From Vicugna vicugna (taxonomy: Eukaryota): a DNA stretch of 64,000 bases. Under the pieces are notes generated by a model. The model was not told the DNA's origin. It did not search any database and saw only the letters and a list, made by a program, of their open reading frames with translations. The translations under genes were made by a program, and so were the position numbers. This document shows positions 1 to 13,661 of this stretch, piece by piece (the stretch's first letter is position 1; each line of letters begins with the position of its first letter). Location of the stretch: the NCBI GenBank assembly GCA_013265495.1, contig MU058000.1:1240001-1304000 (forward strand). Direction: 5' to 3'.

Positions 1-24
1 TGTGTGTGTGTGTGTATATATATA

Positions 25-1243
25 TCACTTCTTTTTTATCCACTGATCTGTTGATGGACACTTAGGTTGCTTCCATATCTTGGCTATTATAAATAATGCT
101 GCTGTGAACATGTGGGTGTATATATCTTTTTGAGTTAGTGTTTTTGTATCCTTCAGATAGATACCCAGAAGTGGAGCTGCTGGATCATACAGTAGTTTTA
201 TTTTTAATTTCTTCAGGAACCTCCATACTGTTTTCCATGGTGGCTGTACCAATTTACATTCCCACTAATACTGTAAAAGTTTCCTTTTCTTCACATCCTC
301 TCCAGCATAGGTTATTTGTGATCTTTTTGTTGCTAGCCGTTCTAACAGGTGTGAGGTGCTAGCTCATTGTGGTTTTGATGTTCATTTTTCTGCTGGTTAG
401 TTATCTTTTCATGTGCTTGTTGTCTGTCTGTGAATCTTCTTTGGAAAAATATCTGTTCAGGTCTTTGGCCTATTTTTTAATCAGGTTTTTTGGGTTTTTT
501 GATATTAAGTTTATATATTTTGGATACTAACCCCTTATTAGTCGTATCATTTGCAAATATTTTCTCCCATTCAGTACATTGTCTTTTTATCTTGTTGGTG
601 ATTTCTTTTGCTATGCAAAAGCATTTAAGTTTAATTAGCTCCCATTTGTTAGTTTTTGTTTTTGTTTTTGTTTTGCCTTAGGAGGCATCAAAAAAAAATA
701 CTGCTACAATTTATGTCAAAGGGGGTTCTGCCTAAGTTTTCTTCTAGGAGTGTTAGTGTTACTGGTCTTACATTTAGGTCTTTGATCTATTTTGAATTTA
801 TTTTTGTGCATAGTATGAGAAAATGTTCTAGTTTCATGTTTTACATGTAGCTGTCCAGTTTTTGTAGCACCACTTATTGAAGAGATTATCTTTCCTACAT
901 TGTTTATTCTTGCCTCCTGTGTCATAGATTAATTGACCCTAACTGTGTGGGTTTATTTCTGGGCTCTCTATTTTGATCTCTTGGTCTGTTTCTGTGCCAG
1001 TGCCATACCGCTTTAATTACTGTAGCTTGGTAGTATAGTATAGTTTGACATCAGGGAACATGATTCCTCCAGCTCTATTCTTTCTCAAATTTGTTTTGGC
1101 TATTCAAGATCTTTTGTGTTTCCGTACAAATTTTAAAATTATTTTTTCTGGTTTTGTGAAAAATGACATCAGTATTTTGATACGGGTTGTGTTGAGTCTG
1201 TAGATTGCCTTGGGTACAGTGGTCATTTTAACAATATTAATTT
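25..1243 (-). mobile_element. LINE-1 fragment, 3' part of ORF2 (frameshifted, 5'-truncated; 3' end runs off the window start)
   Basis: Minus-strand ORFs 25-252 ([17 protein letters not shown]...[14 protein letters not shown]) and 1104-1304 (INIVKMTTVPKAIYRLN) are typical L1 ORF2 C-terminal peptides. Confidence 0.95.
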
Positions 1244-1284
1244 TGAATCTGGAATGTATGTTAACTGCATTTGAGGCCAACTGA

Positions 1285-2436
1285 CAGGGAAATCCAGCTT
1301 TCATGGTCCTGAAATTTCTACAATTTATGCAGGGGCCTCTTTAAGAAAAATGATCAAAATTCATGAATCTAAAATGAGATATAGAAGTGAATATTTATAT
1401 GGAAAAAGAAATCACAACAATGTACACATTTTTAAAAAGGTGATGAATATCACAAACATAATACAGAAAAATAATGATTTTTACATTATTTATCAGCCTG
1501 CGACTTGTCTTTTATAACTTTTTTCTGTATGCTGTTTTGATAACTTCTTCACATAACAGCATTTTGTAATATTATTTTCTATTGAGAGAACAGAAAGATA
1601 ATTTAGTCTTTCCTTAAGAGCAGTTGATGGACACTTTTTTATATTTTTGATAATAATAAAAATACAGATGTACTTCTCTATTTATAGGATGGCTACAATT
1701 TGTACCCTTTTAACCATAGAAATTCTGTTCAATTTTTATTTTGCCTGATTCCCATCCAAAAAGAAAAGACATATATGGTGTTTGTAATTGTACCTTGTGT
1801 ATTATTGAGTCTTTTTCTGGTGAGAGAGAAGTTCTGTTTTAAGTATGCATCTCAAAGATAATAATCTTTGAGAACTGAATCTGCTTACAATTTTACATGT
1901 CTGATGGGTAAAAGTATTCACATTGTTGCACATACTAGCTTCTAGCTCTAGACTTTTCAAACTTTGTTTCTTCTCTGATCCCCTCATGCAAACAGTCTTG
2001 AGCACTGTGTTTGCATCATGGCGGCACTTAGCCCTGCCGCCTTTGTGTCCATTGTCGCATGAGCTGACACAAAGGGTAGTGGGAAGATTTTCAGAGGCCA
2101 TTCCTACTAGGGTAGGACTTGCAGTAACTTAACTATATGCAGAAGTGATTCAGAACCATGTATTACACAAATCAAAAGTAAACATATCCCCAACTGAACT
2201 GCTGGCCCTAGCCACTCGAACGTCACCCAACACAGTGGGAAGTCCAACGTTAGGGACGGCAGAGTAGAAAACGATAACAGTCTTAACAAATTGTAATTAA
2301 AATTCTTGTTTTGGCCAATTTTACACATACTGATGATGTGGACATAATGGTTAGGAAGCCTCGGAAGGTGTTTGTATAAGTGAGGCTTAAGCCTTGAAGC
2401 TTAAGCTCCATTAGCTTCATGGTAAATCCAGCTCAG
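1285..2436 (-). mobile_element. hAT-Tip100 DNA transposon, Arthur1-like, both termini present
   Basis: Left end cagggaaatccagc...ggggcctctttaagaaaaa and right end gaagcttaagctccattagcttcatggtaaatccagctcag resemble recalled Arthur1 termini. Flanks ccaactga/ctaactgg form a degenerate 8-bp TSD. Confidence 0.75.
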
Positions 2437-3049
2437 CTAACTGGTCAAGTTATTGCTTATCAGGCAAGTTTCACTTTGGGCTGGATTCTTTGGGCAAAAG
2501 GGTGTATTCCAAAAACATACTATTGCTTACTTGGGCTTTTTTCCTTCCTAAGAGAATTCTGGCTTTGGCAGGTAGTGGTGCATAATGAAGACTTGCTTAC
2601 TTTTCTCCCTGGTGAGATTGTTATGATTAGATGTGATAAACCTAATCATAACTTTAATAAGAAACTGCTTTCACCTTATTATTTGCCCAGGCTATGTGTG
2701 GGATTTTATTGGCTGTAAACTGTGTTTACTAATTCCTCAGGCTCATGAGCAAGAGGCCTTGGCTTTTTTGGAAAGCTTCCTGGCTAAGTGGTTTCTGGGC
2801 AGATCAACCACCGTGTTTAAATGCTCCAGAGAATCAAAAGAGAATTTTAACTGAGGCATACAATTGAGAAGCACTTGCCTGGCATTATGAAGAAACTCAT
2901 TGCTTTTCATTGATGTCAACCTTATTAATTGTGCCCTAAGAATTTTTCCTCCTATTTCTACCCCTCCCACCCACATTTTTTATAGTTGACCTCTTTATTG
3001 CCTTTGAGGGGTGTATGTGGACAGACTTCAAAATAAAGTAAATTTTGTT

Positions 3050-3530
3050 TACTTAATAGGAAGAGATGAGGTAATTGAGGACAGTTTAGTAAAAAGGCTC
3101 ATTGCATAGGCATAGTTATGGCTAAAGGAAAGCAATGCAGGATGGTGATGAACCCCACTAGTGTAGCAATAACAGGCTATCGCATCTGTAAACTGAAGGG
3201 TTGGGTGGAAAGAGCCCTTACTGATGCCTGGAGAGAGCTCTGTAGCTATGGGGGAGGGTCTGCTGGTAGAAGCGGTGACTCCCAGTAGGTGAACATTGCT
3301 CGTCTACTGCCCAGCAGGAAAAGACTTGCATATCCCTCCCTTTAGAGTTGGGCTTGCATTTCTGCCTAATGTTCTGAATTTCTCTTTTTTCGAGAAATGA
3401 CTGGCTGCCCAGCTGGAGGGAGTTCAGTCAAGAGATGGCTTCAAGGTTTCAACTCCAACAGGGTTTGTCTCAGCAGCCAAGAGCTGTCTTGCCTAGGGTC
3501 AAGTCACTCTTTCTAGGGTCACCCTAAGTT
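3050..3530. mobile_element. Degenerate ancient ERVL-type LTR fragments
   Basis: Composition and short motifs resemble old LTR16/LTR33-class LTRs; subfamily not determinable by eye. Confidence 0.3.
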
Positions 3531-4499
3531 GAATAAAATTAAACACTCCAAAATTCTTCTTTTCATATATCTATTATAAAATGTGCCCTATTGAATATTT
3601 GTCTTAACCTTCACCACTTTTCATTATAGGAAAGCTTGTTTCAGGAGTATGACATTAAACCTTTCTTTTGAATATTTTTACTGGAGCAATGCTTTCCTCA
3701 TTTCAGTGGCTCTGATAAGATTAATTTTTCATATACTGGAATTACCTTTTTCCATATTTCAGTTAGTAATTTTTTTCAATTCCATATACTATTGACCTTA
3801 CTCCTTTGGTTTCTTTGAGTTGCAAGAAAGATGTCAATGTTTACCTTAGTGAGAAATTCTAGTGAACACGTTCGTGTATTTTCATGATTGAAATGGACTG
3901 AAGTGATTCCCTGCTCATTTTTATAATGCTTCATGTGAATTATTCAGAGAAAATCCAATCTGATCATGATTCAATCTGAATACTTATCATCACTTATAAT
4001 CTGCAATGGACACTGTCATCTTGCGGTGTGGGATCTATAAGCTCATGATGACTGTTTTGTGTTATCTACTCTGGCACTAGTTTTCAGCCATACTAATCCC
4101 TTTTTCAACTCCCTAAGGAAATGTATGAGTTTTCTAATTGATGACTTTTAAAAAGAGCTTTCTGAATGCTTTAATGTTACATCTTTCTCCAGATTTTCTA
4201 GTGTACTAATCATGAATCTAAATTTCTTTCATAGTGTGTTTTACTTTCTTTAAATGCACTCTTTGACTTTCAATTGTTTTTTTCCTAGCCTAGGCTTTTG
4301 CTTTATGCCTGAAGTTAGGAAATACAAAACTGTTTTGAAAGCTGGTAGAATCACTAATAATATAAAACAATGTAACATTTTCATGCAAATGACACAGTAT
4401 GTTAGAGAACATTTTGCCTCATGAAACAAGAGAAGTCAGTGAAAATGATTTAGTAAAAAGAGCTTTTTTATAGGATTCAAATATTAAGTAAAAAAACAA

Positions 4500-4920
4500 G
4501 CACAGTATAATACCATTTATATAAAGATTTTAAAAGTACAGGCAATGCTCTATGTTTGGTACACATGCAAACATACATGTACATGTATACACTTGTAGTA
4601 ATTGTATAAATACATGTTATGAGAAACATTGATTTTAAAAAGAGCTACCTTTAGGATAGAAAGAGTAAAATAATTATGAATGAATACACAGAAAGCTTCA
4701 GTTGTTTTTGTATTTTTCATCTCTTTTTCTGTCAGTCTTCAATCTGGCTATTTTTGTCTTTGGTCTCTTCTAGTTTACTAATTCTCTCTTTAGCTGTTTT
4801 TAATTTGCTCTTGAACCTGTTTATTGAGTTCTATTTCCCTTATTTTATTTCTAGTTCTAAGATTTCCATTTTATAGTAGTTTCCAGTTTTCTATTGAAAT
4901 TCTTCATCTAATTGCCTAAT
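4500..4920. mobile_element. Old L1 (L1M) fragments
   Basis: L1ME-like 3' end on + (cagtataataccatttatataa) followed by a minus-strand ORF1-region-like stretch (ctgtttattgagttctattt...tttctagttctaagatttccattt). Confidence 0.5.
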
Positions 4921-4923
4921 TTT

Positions 4924-5420
4924 TGTCATGACCTTACAAAGGTCTAAGATTTTACCCCATTTGCAAGCTAACAAGATAGCATGCCGTAGTTTTATGGATC
5001 CTGACAGAAGACACAAGACTCCTGGGTCAGAGAAATATGACACTGTTACACACAGCATAGCAAGATGCATGTATTTCATGGTTGAGTTGTTTCACTTGCT
5101 CTGCATGTCCCACAGAGGTAATAAGGAGCAGTTTAGCTGGATACTTCACCTGCAGTGAGTTTATGTCAGAGTCAGGGATCTCCAGCTTGGGAAACTCGGC
5201 TACAAGAATTCTTCCCCTTCTCCCTGGAGAGAGACATTCTTTTTATTATACTGTATAATAAGTAAATCTTCCTGCTGTTTCAGAGAAAGAAACGTTCACT
5301 CTCTTCCAAGGCTGTTTGCTACATAAATATCTTTTAGAAAATAGTTCAGAACAAAAGCTTTTAGTACTCCTTGCAAGATGGTGGAAACTGAAGAGACCGA
5401 TAAGTAACTGTATTCTAATG
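4924..5420 (-). mobile_element. ERVL-class solo LTR (MER54/MER74/MER88-like)
   Basis: tgtcatgaccttacaaaggtctaagattttacccc...gcaagctaacaag...agacacaagactcctgggtcagaga...cttccaaggctgtttgcta match the recalled consensus of this LTR group. Confidence 0.7.
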
Positions 5421-7513
5421 TATTTCTTAACTAAATCATATGTTTTTGAAGTATTTTGAATATCTGCATTTTTTGTGCCTATTTTTTTTATTGTGTTTTA
5501 CCCACCTTTGGTTTTAGTCTGTAACCAATTTCCTGCGATCATAGAAGGTGATTAAGGAGTAAAATTTCTGATATTTTATGTCACTGATTTTAAGGGTAGT
5601 TTATTACTGCAGCATAGGCTGGCCTATTCTGACTGATTCAAAATACTATTTTTATTTTTATTTTCACTATTATTATTTCCAAGATGGAAATGTGGGAGGC
5701 TTTTGAATTCAGATATCAAAGTGTCCTGTCCCTATGCTTCTCTAGTTATACTTCTAGCCTACTTTCTACCATTGATTTATTCCTTCTCCAGGAAGTAGAG
5801 GCATCTTTGATTGGTGACATCAGGTAAAAAGTTTAAGAACTCTCATCCTAGGCCCTTTCTCTCTTTTCAAAGCATCCTGATTTCACGACATGCATTTTTC
5901 CTTTTCTTACTGCCACAGTTGCTGAGAGCAAAGGCCTGCTGTTGTCTGGTGCTCTGCTACAACATGTAGGCTTGCTTAGTTCTAGGAAGAAAACAGTGGG
6001 AAGCCTAAATGTGGCAGCAGATCAAATTCTGTAATCCAGTTTATTGGCACTCAAAGATTTTTTGATATTTCATCTGTTTATGCCTTCTGTGTTTCAGTTA
6101 GTTACACATGGTGGTGTAAGGGGTGTAATTGTCCAGCCTCAGTCACAACATACAGGTCCATGAAAGACCCGATTTGTGAATCTATCCTTTTCTTATAGTT
6201 TTCCTCTGTTTGAGGAGAGGGGACATTTTGCATATTGCTTCCTGGAAATTAATGCAAACAAAAAGAGGAGTAGAGAATATTACTAAGGTCACATTGAGAA
6301 GTAGTTACCGAGCAAAATCATTTATCGACTCATTTCTGCAACCACCCCCACCCCTCAGCCTCATTCATTCTAGGGTTTCAGCAAAATGACGAGCACAAAT
6401 CAAAGGCCTTCGGAAGTTGCTTGGGAATGATCAGCAACACAAATGTTGAGTCCACGAGTGCCAGGGGTCATCTTTGTGTGTGTGCTAGTGTGTGAGTGAG
6501 ACCAGTGCGGAAATAACAGGAGCGCTGCAACCCCTTCACCTGCTAACTGAAAGTTGGAGGAGCTCAGGCCAGCACGTGGGGTTTACTCTTCTTGCCAGAG
6601 GGCCTTTCTCTTCAGTTTTTCTTTTTTTTCAAGGACCACAGACATTTATTTTATTGCCACTCTATTCTGCTGCACAGTTTTTCCCTGGGCTAAGAATGGA
6701 ACTACTAACATTGCTTGCTCCGTACTCTGAAAATCGCTGTCAGGTGCGAATTAAGTGTTTTATTTGAAGAGTTGAGCTCCTTCTCATCAGCCACAATAGG
6801 GATTTTTATGGAATAATGCTCATTGGCACTAATATAATTCTTTTCATCTTAGGCTGTCTGAGTGCTTTGTAAATGTTCTTTCTCTGCTATCTACATTTCA
6901 ACGACTCCCATCACCCCTCCATCTAGGATCGCTGACAGAAGCGTTATACTAACTCCCTCAGCTCTTCCAGGGCTCCTTTCTGTTCAGTGCAAGTGGAAAA
7001 CATTTGAATAATTGTTGTTGGGTACCTAGAGACAGGAATAAGACACCTTTGATGATCTTCTGGCATAATATTGTGAATTCAGAATTTAGGAAAGGTGTTA
7101 AGGGTAAAATGCATCCCCTGCAGCTAACAGGGTGAAGAGAAAAAAAATTATTAATAGCAGGTTCAAAACAAGCAAGCAACCGATTATCTTCCATCCTCAA
7201 ACCCACCAAAACTTTTCTTGATCTTAAAAAGCTTACAGTTTGGGACTTTATTCCACATTCCCATTGGGTACTTAAATCATAACTATTTCCTAGTCATTTA
7301 TAACATGTCTGAGTTGGAAGAAGTGGTAAACACCATTTGTAACCATTAACAATCCCGCCAAGTCATTCTGTGAATGAAGCACAGAGCTTCAGAGAGATCT
7401 ACTGACTTATTAAAGTCAAGGTCAATCACAAAGCTAATTAGTGCAAAGCTGGGTCACTGGATTTTTCACTTCTCCTCATTCCCACAATCTCATACCAACT
7501 CCAACAGTCTATA

Positions 7514-7620
7514 CCCTTTCCTTTCTTTTCTCTTTCTCCTTTTCTAATTTTTCTCCTTTTACTCCTCCCTCCTCCTCCTCCTCTTCTTCTTCATCTTCAT
7601 CTTCGTCTTCCTCTTCCTCT
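7514..7620 (+). repeat. Polypyrimidine / (TCC)n(TCT)n low-complexity tract
   Basis: Direct reading; gives the spurious poly-Ser in ORF 7441-7671. Confidence 0.9.
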
Positions 7621-10600
7621 ATGTTGGAGCTGAATCTTTGTCACATGGACAAAAGTTGTTTTAAAGAGTGAGGAAAATATATATACTAGTAATAATGCAA
7701 CCAATAGTTAGAAGAAAAACAGACTAGACTCCGTTTCTCGTTATTGATAATGCTTTTAACTTGCACATTTTTTGTCATTTAAACTTTATATTATGTCATA
7801 GGGCTTCACTTCACTAATTAATGATTCTGAAAAACATAGGTTGTCATATGAAGAGAAAGGCTAGAATGGGCCATGTCTTGAAATAGTAACTTTAGGAAAA
7901 ATGGTTTCAGAGTATGATATAAAATACCCATGGAGAACACATTCTTTAATTACTAGTCAGCCACACCTTTTATTCACCAGCAACTTTTACCTTCTTAGCT
8001 TTAAGCCATCCTTAAGAGTTTGGGTTATTTAAAAATATTTTTATTTTTGAAATCCTGTGGAAGAAGTAGTATATGTTGACAGCTAAGAAGGCAAAGAGCC
8101 AAGAAAACAAACATGTTGGGTAACGTTTTGAAGGAGACCTCAGATGTATGCTTTGGACTGCCTCTTTTAGTGGTTCCTTCCTACTCCTGTGGGATTTATG
8201 TCACCCTCAATTACTGGGTAGCCCCTATACAACAGAACCATACATTGTTAGTGCTGGTAAAGGACTAAGAAATCCAAAAACCTTCATTTCATTGCTGAGA
8301 TTCAGAAGGTGAAATGACATAACCACGGTCGCCTTGTAATTCTTCTCTTCAATTTGATTTACTTTGGGTATAAAGGTAGGTTGTTCTTTATGTTCTGGAA
8401 AGATGGAACTTCAATGTAAGAAAGACCTCTATGGAAATCTGGCCCTAGAGAATTTAAATGGAGCAGGCAATTCTGAGTTATGATTCCCATAACAGTTTTA
8501 ACTTGGCCATAGTCTGCGCACTCATTAGGGTAGAGTCTCTCTGAGATTACTACATGAGCATGTTTCCTTTTATTTTTCAGCTACAAAAAAATTTAAATTG
8601 AATTTTAGGATATGTGTAGGCTGAGTTGCTGCCTTCATTTGGGGAAGAAATTTTCTGTCAACCAAACAGACTGCCGTTGGAGAAAACAGAAAGGGCAAAA
8701 GTAACTCCAGAGAGTTGGTTCTGTTTAAACAAAGGACCATCTCTGGATGTGGGATGCACAGAGCTGAGACCAGGCAGAGTGCCACTAAGCTGCTTTGCCA
8801 AACTCGTTAAATTCTCTCTTGCTTGCCACAATCACCAGCAAGCAAAGAGGCTGTTTTGTAGTCCTCGTTTCTCTTGGGCATCAGAATTTTAGGATTTTTT
8901 TCCTCCCCTAAAATGACAGTCATGCCTGCCGTGCTGAGTTTGGCTTTCTTTCGATGGCTGTGTAGCACTTCTCAGGCACTATTGTAAACAATTCTATAAA
9001 TTTGGCAGGGAGATAGAGTTTAAAACGTCTTTATGAAATCAATTTGAATGTACTTAAATGAAAATATACTTCATCCCACAACAAAATAAAAGTTTAGACA
9101 GATTTTTAAGCTTCCACTCTTTCCCTAAAATCACGTAAGAGTTCCCTTAGTAATTATTTCTTCCCTCCCCTTCAGTTTACAAAACTCGTGGTAACAGAGG
9201 TGTGGAGGTGGTAGGAGTCTTGGCTAAGTACAAGAGTGGCAGAGAATAAAACTAGAACCTAAAAGCCGACCTCTAGCACAGTACTTGAAAATAAAATTGA
9301 TTTGTTGAAGAATGAATAAATTTTCAGTTATTACTTTTTTCTTCATTACACTGTGGTTACTTGCCCACCAGGGCTATCATCCCAGTCCCTTATTGCCTCA
9401 TTTTCTGGTGGACCCTACTGAAGTTGATTCAGGGTGACCTGCATTCAAGTGGGGACACTTGAATCTCATTCACCAAAGCAGTCCCAGGGTCTGTGTCCTT
9501 CCGTATGGCTTGAACAGGGGCTTCCATCAGTGTGTTAATTTGGGATTGCTGAGAGCACAACTCCCTATCTACTTGTTCCTTTTAAGTCAGACATTTTTAA
9601 TCAAGTGCCTAATTTGGTCCTGGGAGATCTCACTCTGCTTTAATAATATATGTGACAAAATTTACCTCTTTGCTTTCAAAGTTGTTAATTATGGAGTGCA
9701 TTTGAAATGAGCTATCACAGCCAAGAAATCATCCCTTTTGGATGCTCACATGCTTTAATGCTGGGAAGAAGTAATAAGCAAGGAAGGGTTATGAAACACC
9801 TCTCCATATGGACAGTGGGCTTTGGGGGCAGGGACCGAATAGGGTAGTTATGAAGACTTTTTGGTAATGGGCTTATATCGAATTGTGATCAGGTTGTGTT
9901 ACAGCCTCTTTATAACCCAGAGGGCTTAACCTGGCTTTCAAAGCAGATGGAAAAAGAGCAGATGCAGGCAAGGAGGCCTTCAGAAGGATGAGTGGGCTAG
10001 GTTATTGAACTCTTTAAGGAAGTGAAATAAGTTGCTTTAGTGGAAGACAAGTTTTTAATGCCTTCTGCAGTGAGGATAGCCAATGGCAGATCGTTCTGGG
10101 CTTTGGTGATCTTTGTGGTGTGTTATGACTCACATGTGTTGTAAGTTCTTATGGTCACTAAAGCTGTTCCTTCTCCCTTAATTAATTAGCAGGAGTTTTC
10201 TGTGAGATTTGTTACAGGTCTTCTGGTCTTTAGACATATAAGCACAGTTTAAATACTGATGTAGTTAAAAAGATTTAAACAAGTATCTAAATTACTGGGC
10301 CTTAAAAGCAGCAGAACCCAGCCAACCCATTTGCACTTGTTAGCCTCAAAAGATGAATTTAGTGGCTTAGTTCCAGAGCTTCTTCCATTATTTTCCTATT
10401 ACCTGAAATGATCACTGGGCTTTTTGCAAATGCCTTTGGGTGACCTATGAAATATTTACTTTAACACTCTAGGGAACAATGTCCTAGAAAATATGATTGC
10501 TCATGAGTTGAAGTATGGATTAAGTCTTCACGAGGTGGACATTTTATGTTCCCTACTCAAAGGCATGCTTAGTCTTGTACCAGGAGCAAGATAGAAGACA

Positions 10601-12084
10601 GAGCTAAGAAAAGCTTTCTACTTTGTTTCATGAGAATAGCCAGGGATTCTGTTTCTTATAAACCACATACTGAGCTTAGATTTACTAGGCATTACAAAGA
10701 CCTTTGCTGAACAGTCTGAGTAGACCAGCTCAGTGCAATTATGTCTTTGTACCCATAAGCAACCAAAAAGGTAGGTTAACTTTTCGATTACATGGGTGAC
10801 GTTAATTTTCCTTCTGGGAACTGACCTAATAAGAGAAATGTTGCCAGTAGAAACTAGGCTTTATTCCCAGAGTAATAAACCTGTGATAGAAAAGGGATGA
10901 AATTGATTACCACTGGGCTAGCCATGAAGAATGAGAGCCATCACTCCTGCGCTATGTAAGGAGAAACTATGGTGACTGCAAATGGCTTTACACGTGGGTG
11001 ATTCACTTAACATCTTTGCCATCAGTTTCCCATTTGTCAAATGAAAGTTTGGAAAGATGGTGACAAAGAGCCCTTCTATTTTGAATATTTTTATTGTCCA
11101 GATGAGAGGATGCAGCATAGAATGAGGAAGAGACCTCTACTCAGGGTCTCGGGAGGCCTACTGATAATTGTTGCTCTGCCACTAAATTATTGCCACTGCT
11201 TTTGGACATTTAAAGGATTTCCAGTGTTTTCACAATGCTATAGTACATATTCTTGAACATGATTTTTTTTTTTGGAATAAATTCCCAAAGCTAGATCAAA
11301 ACTACTCACTTTAAAGACTTTTATTATCTTACCAGAGCAAAACCATCACGTTAAACTCCCCCATTTCATTACAGATTCTCCCCAAATGGCTATTATAATA
11401 AAAATTTATCAAGATCAAAACATGAGTCTTGAAAATGAACTAACAACAACAAAAGATACGAATATGCATATATATGTACGTAAACGTTTCCCCTTTTCTC
11501 TCTCTTTCTGACACTCAGTTCCTTGGAATAATTTAATCTGTCCCACCCTATTTATATGAGCTTTCAGCTTTTGGTAACCCCTTTGCAATATGTCAGTACT
11601 AGACTTCAATCAAGTTTGAGTACAACAGGAATGTCAGTCCTGCTCCCAGAGCTCTGGCATCACAATGAAAACCTCCTATTATAGGGAAAAAGGTCTCTCC
11701 AGCAGTGTCTAAGCCTTCTGAGTTATCTTTATATCAAAGATACATATTTGCATATATCTTTATATATGTGTGTGTGTGTATATATCTTAAATCCTGTTTC
11801 TATAACAAATAGTCCCAAATCCCAATCTAATCTCTCCATTGCCCAGACTGTCTATAAAAAGTATCTTGAAAATCACATAAGCCAAGTCCCTTATTAGAAC
11901 TGAAACAAGAAAGGTCAAATGGCTTCGCCATCATTGCACAGTTCTCCATTAATAAAAATAGAGAGTTCTGGATTGAGGGATGTTTGTGGAGAGTTGTCAG
12001 GGTGGCAACCAAAAGGAAGGAATATATGTGGCGTGCATAGAAGGAAGATACTGAGTAATTTATCTTTATCTTTTTAAAAAATAA

Positions 12085-12195
12085 ATACTCTTCAGACTTG
12101 ATGTAAATTCTGGGCCTATCATTTGTGAGACTCATGGTGACCTGTACAAGTCACTTTCTCTCTCAGGATCTCAATTTTCTTAAACTATAAAATTA
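12085..12195 (+). mobile_element. MIR SINE fragment
   Basis: gtgacctgtacaagtcactttctctctcaggatctcaattttcttaaactataaaat resembles the MIR core. Confidence 0.6.
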
Positions 12196-12679
12196 AAAAA
12201 AAATCTTAGATCAAATCAAACTTTAATTCTCTTCTAAAGTTAACATTCAAGCATTCTTCTGTAGGTCATACCAATGGCCTGTTGAAAAGGCTGTTGTATT
12301 AGGAGAGATTTGTTACAAATCCAAGAAGCATCAACATTTTTATCTTTGTGCATATTTATTAATTGTCAACAATCAAAATATAGCAGATTAAAGGCCTGAG
12401 TTTTATTCTCAGAGTTGTAGAACCAGGCCAGGATTTAAATGCAAGATTGGAGAGTAAAATATCAGCCTACCCTAATGAATTTGGGCTTGGATCCCACAGT
12501 AGAAATTGTTATACTTAACTGGGCAGAAAGAGAGGTTTGTTCTCAGGGAAATGTTGGGATTTACTCAGTCAAAATAAACGTCACAGGTTTTCACACAATT
12601 TCTGAGGGGTCTGTAGTAGTGATGGGTGTTTTAGACTAATCATTAAAAAGTCTTAGTTTCTTTCCTAGATTTATTCTAC

Positions 12680-12988
12680 AAAAATGCATAATACGTTGAC
12701 TCTGATCTCAAGGAGTTCAGTAATGCTAGAGGCAGATCCATCCATGGTAATTATGAAGCAGTGTAATAGACAAGCAACAGAGGTAGGATTCAGATATAAA
12801 GGAATCAAGGGGTTCCGCTACCCCAGCCTTGGGAGGGCAAGAGCAATCAGAGAAGCTTTCCAGAGAAGACAACATCTGGAAATGCTAAGTGATTTGCCAA
12901 AGGCCACACTGCGAATTAGCAGCAAAGCCAGCACTAGAATTCTACCATCGGTCTCTTGCCTGAGCGTCTACGCTCTTAACCCACTTTA
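12680..12988 (-). mobile_element. L2 fragment followed by a MIR fragment
   Basis: ctgatctcaaggagttcag...atcagagaagctttccagaga (L2), then aagtgatttgccaaaggccacac...ctcttaacc (MIR antisense). Confidence 0.6.
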
Positions 12989-13661
12989 AGGAAGTTGAAA
13001 TGGAAGGATCTTAGACGACGGAGTATTTCCTCCCTATATATTATGTAGTTTTTATAACCTCCCTAAATGTACCTAACACTTATCTGCTGGTAGTGAGAGA
13101 AATACAAATATCCCCAGGACAGCAATTGCCCTGCTCTTTTATTGTCAGAACTCTTCTCTCTTTTGTTAAGTGGCTGTTTATTGATGAAGTGCTGTCCCCG
13201 TGGGACCCTCTGTAGAGGACTACAGGGTCCTGCTCTTAGGGAGTATGTTACATTTCTTTGTTCTCTCATACTTGATGTATCAGATGTGACAATCTGAAGG
13301 GAAGGAGATGAAAGACAATGTGTGATTATTTGCTGCTAAAACAATCAGAACATGTTAGCTGATGTTACTACTAGTTCTTACAGAACTATACTTGGAAGGT
13401 AAATTCATTGTTTTATAAAAGCATTAATAGTCAAAGAACCAAAATTTTATTTTTCACTGTCTAAACTATTCTATATCTCTCAGCATAGATAATCAAGGAC
13501 AAAGGTAATTTTTTACTCATTTTTAAAATTTTTCATCTCGCCATGGTAGAAGAAATAATAGAAGAAATAATGTATTTGTATTGATTGTATGGATTGGTGA
13601 ATGAATGAACCAAGAAATACATGTAGTTTAGTGTATTCATTACTTCATTTGGAACTAAGTA

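Noticed and set aside
7441..7671. Poly-serine ORF
   Set aside because: Translation of a (TCC/TCT)n microsatellite
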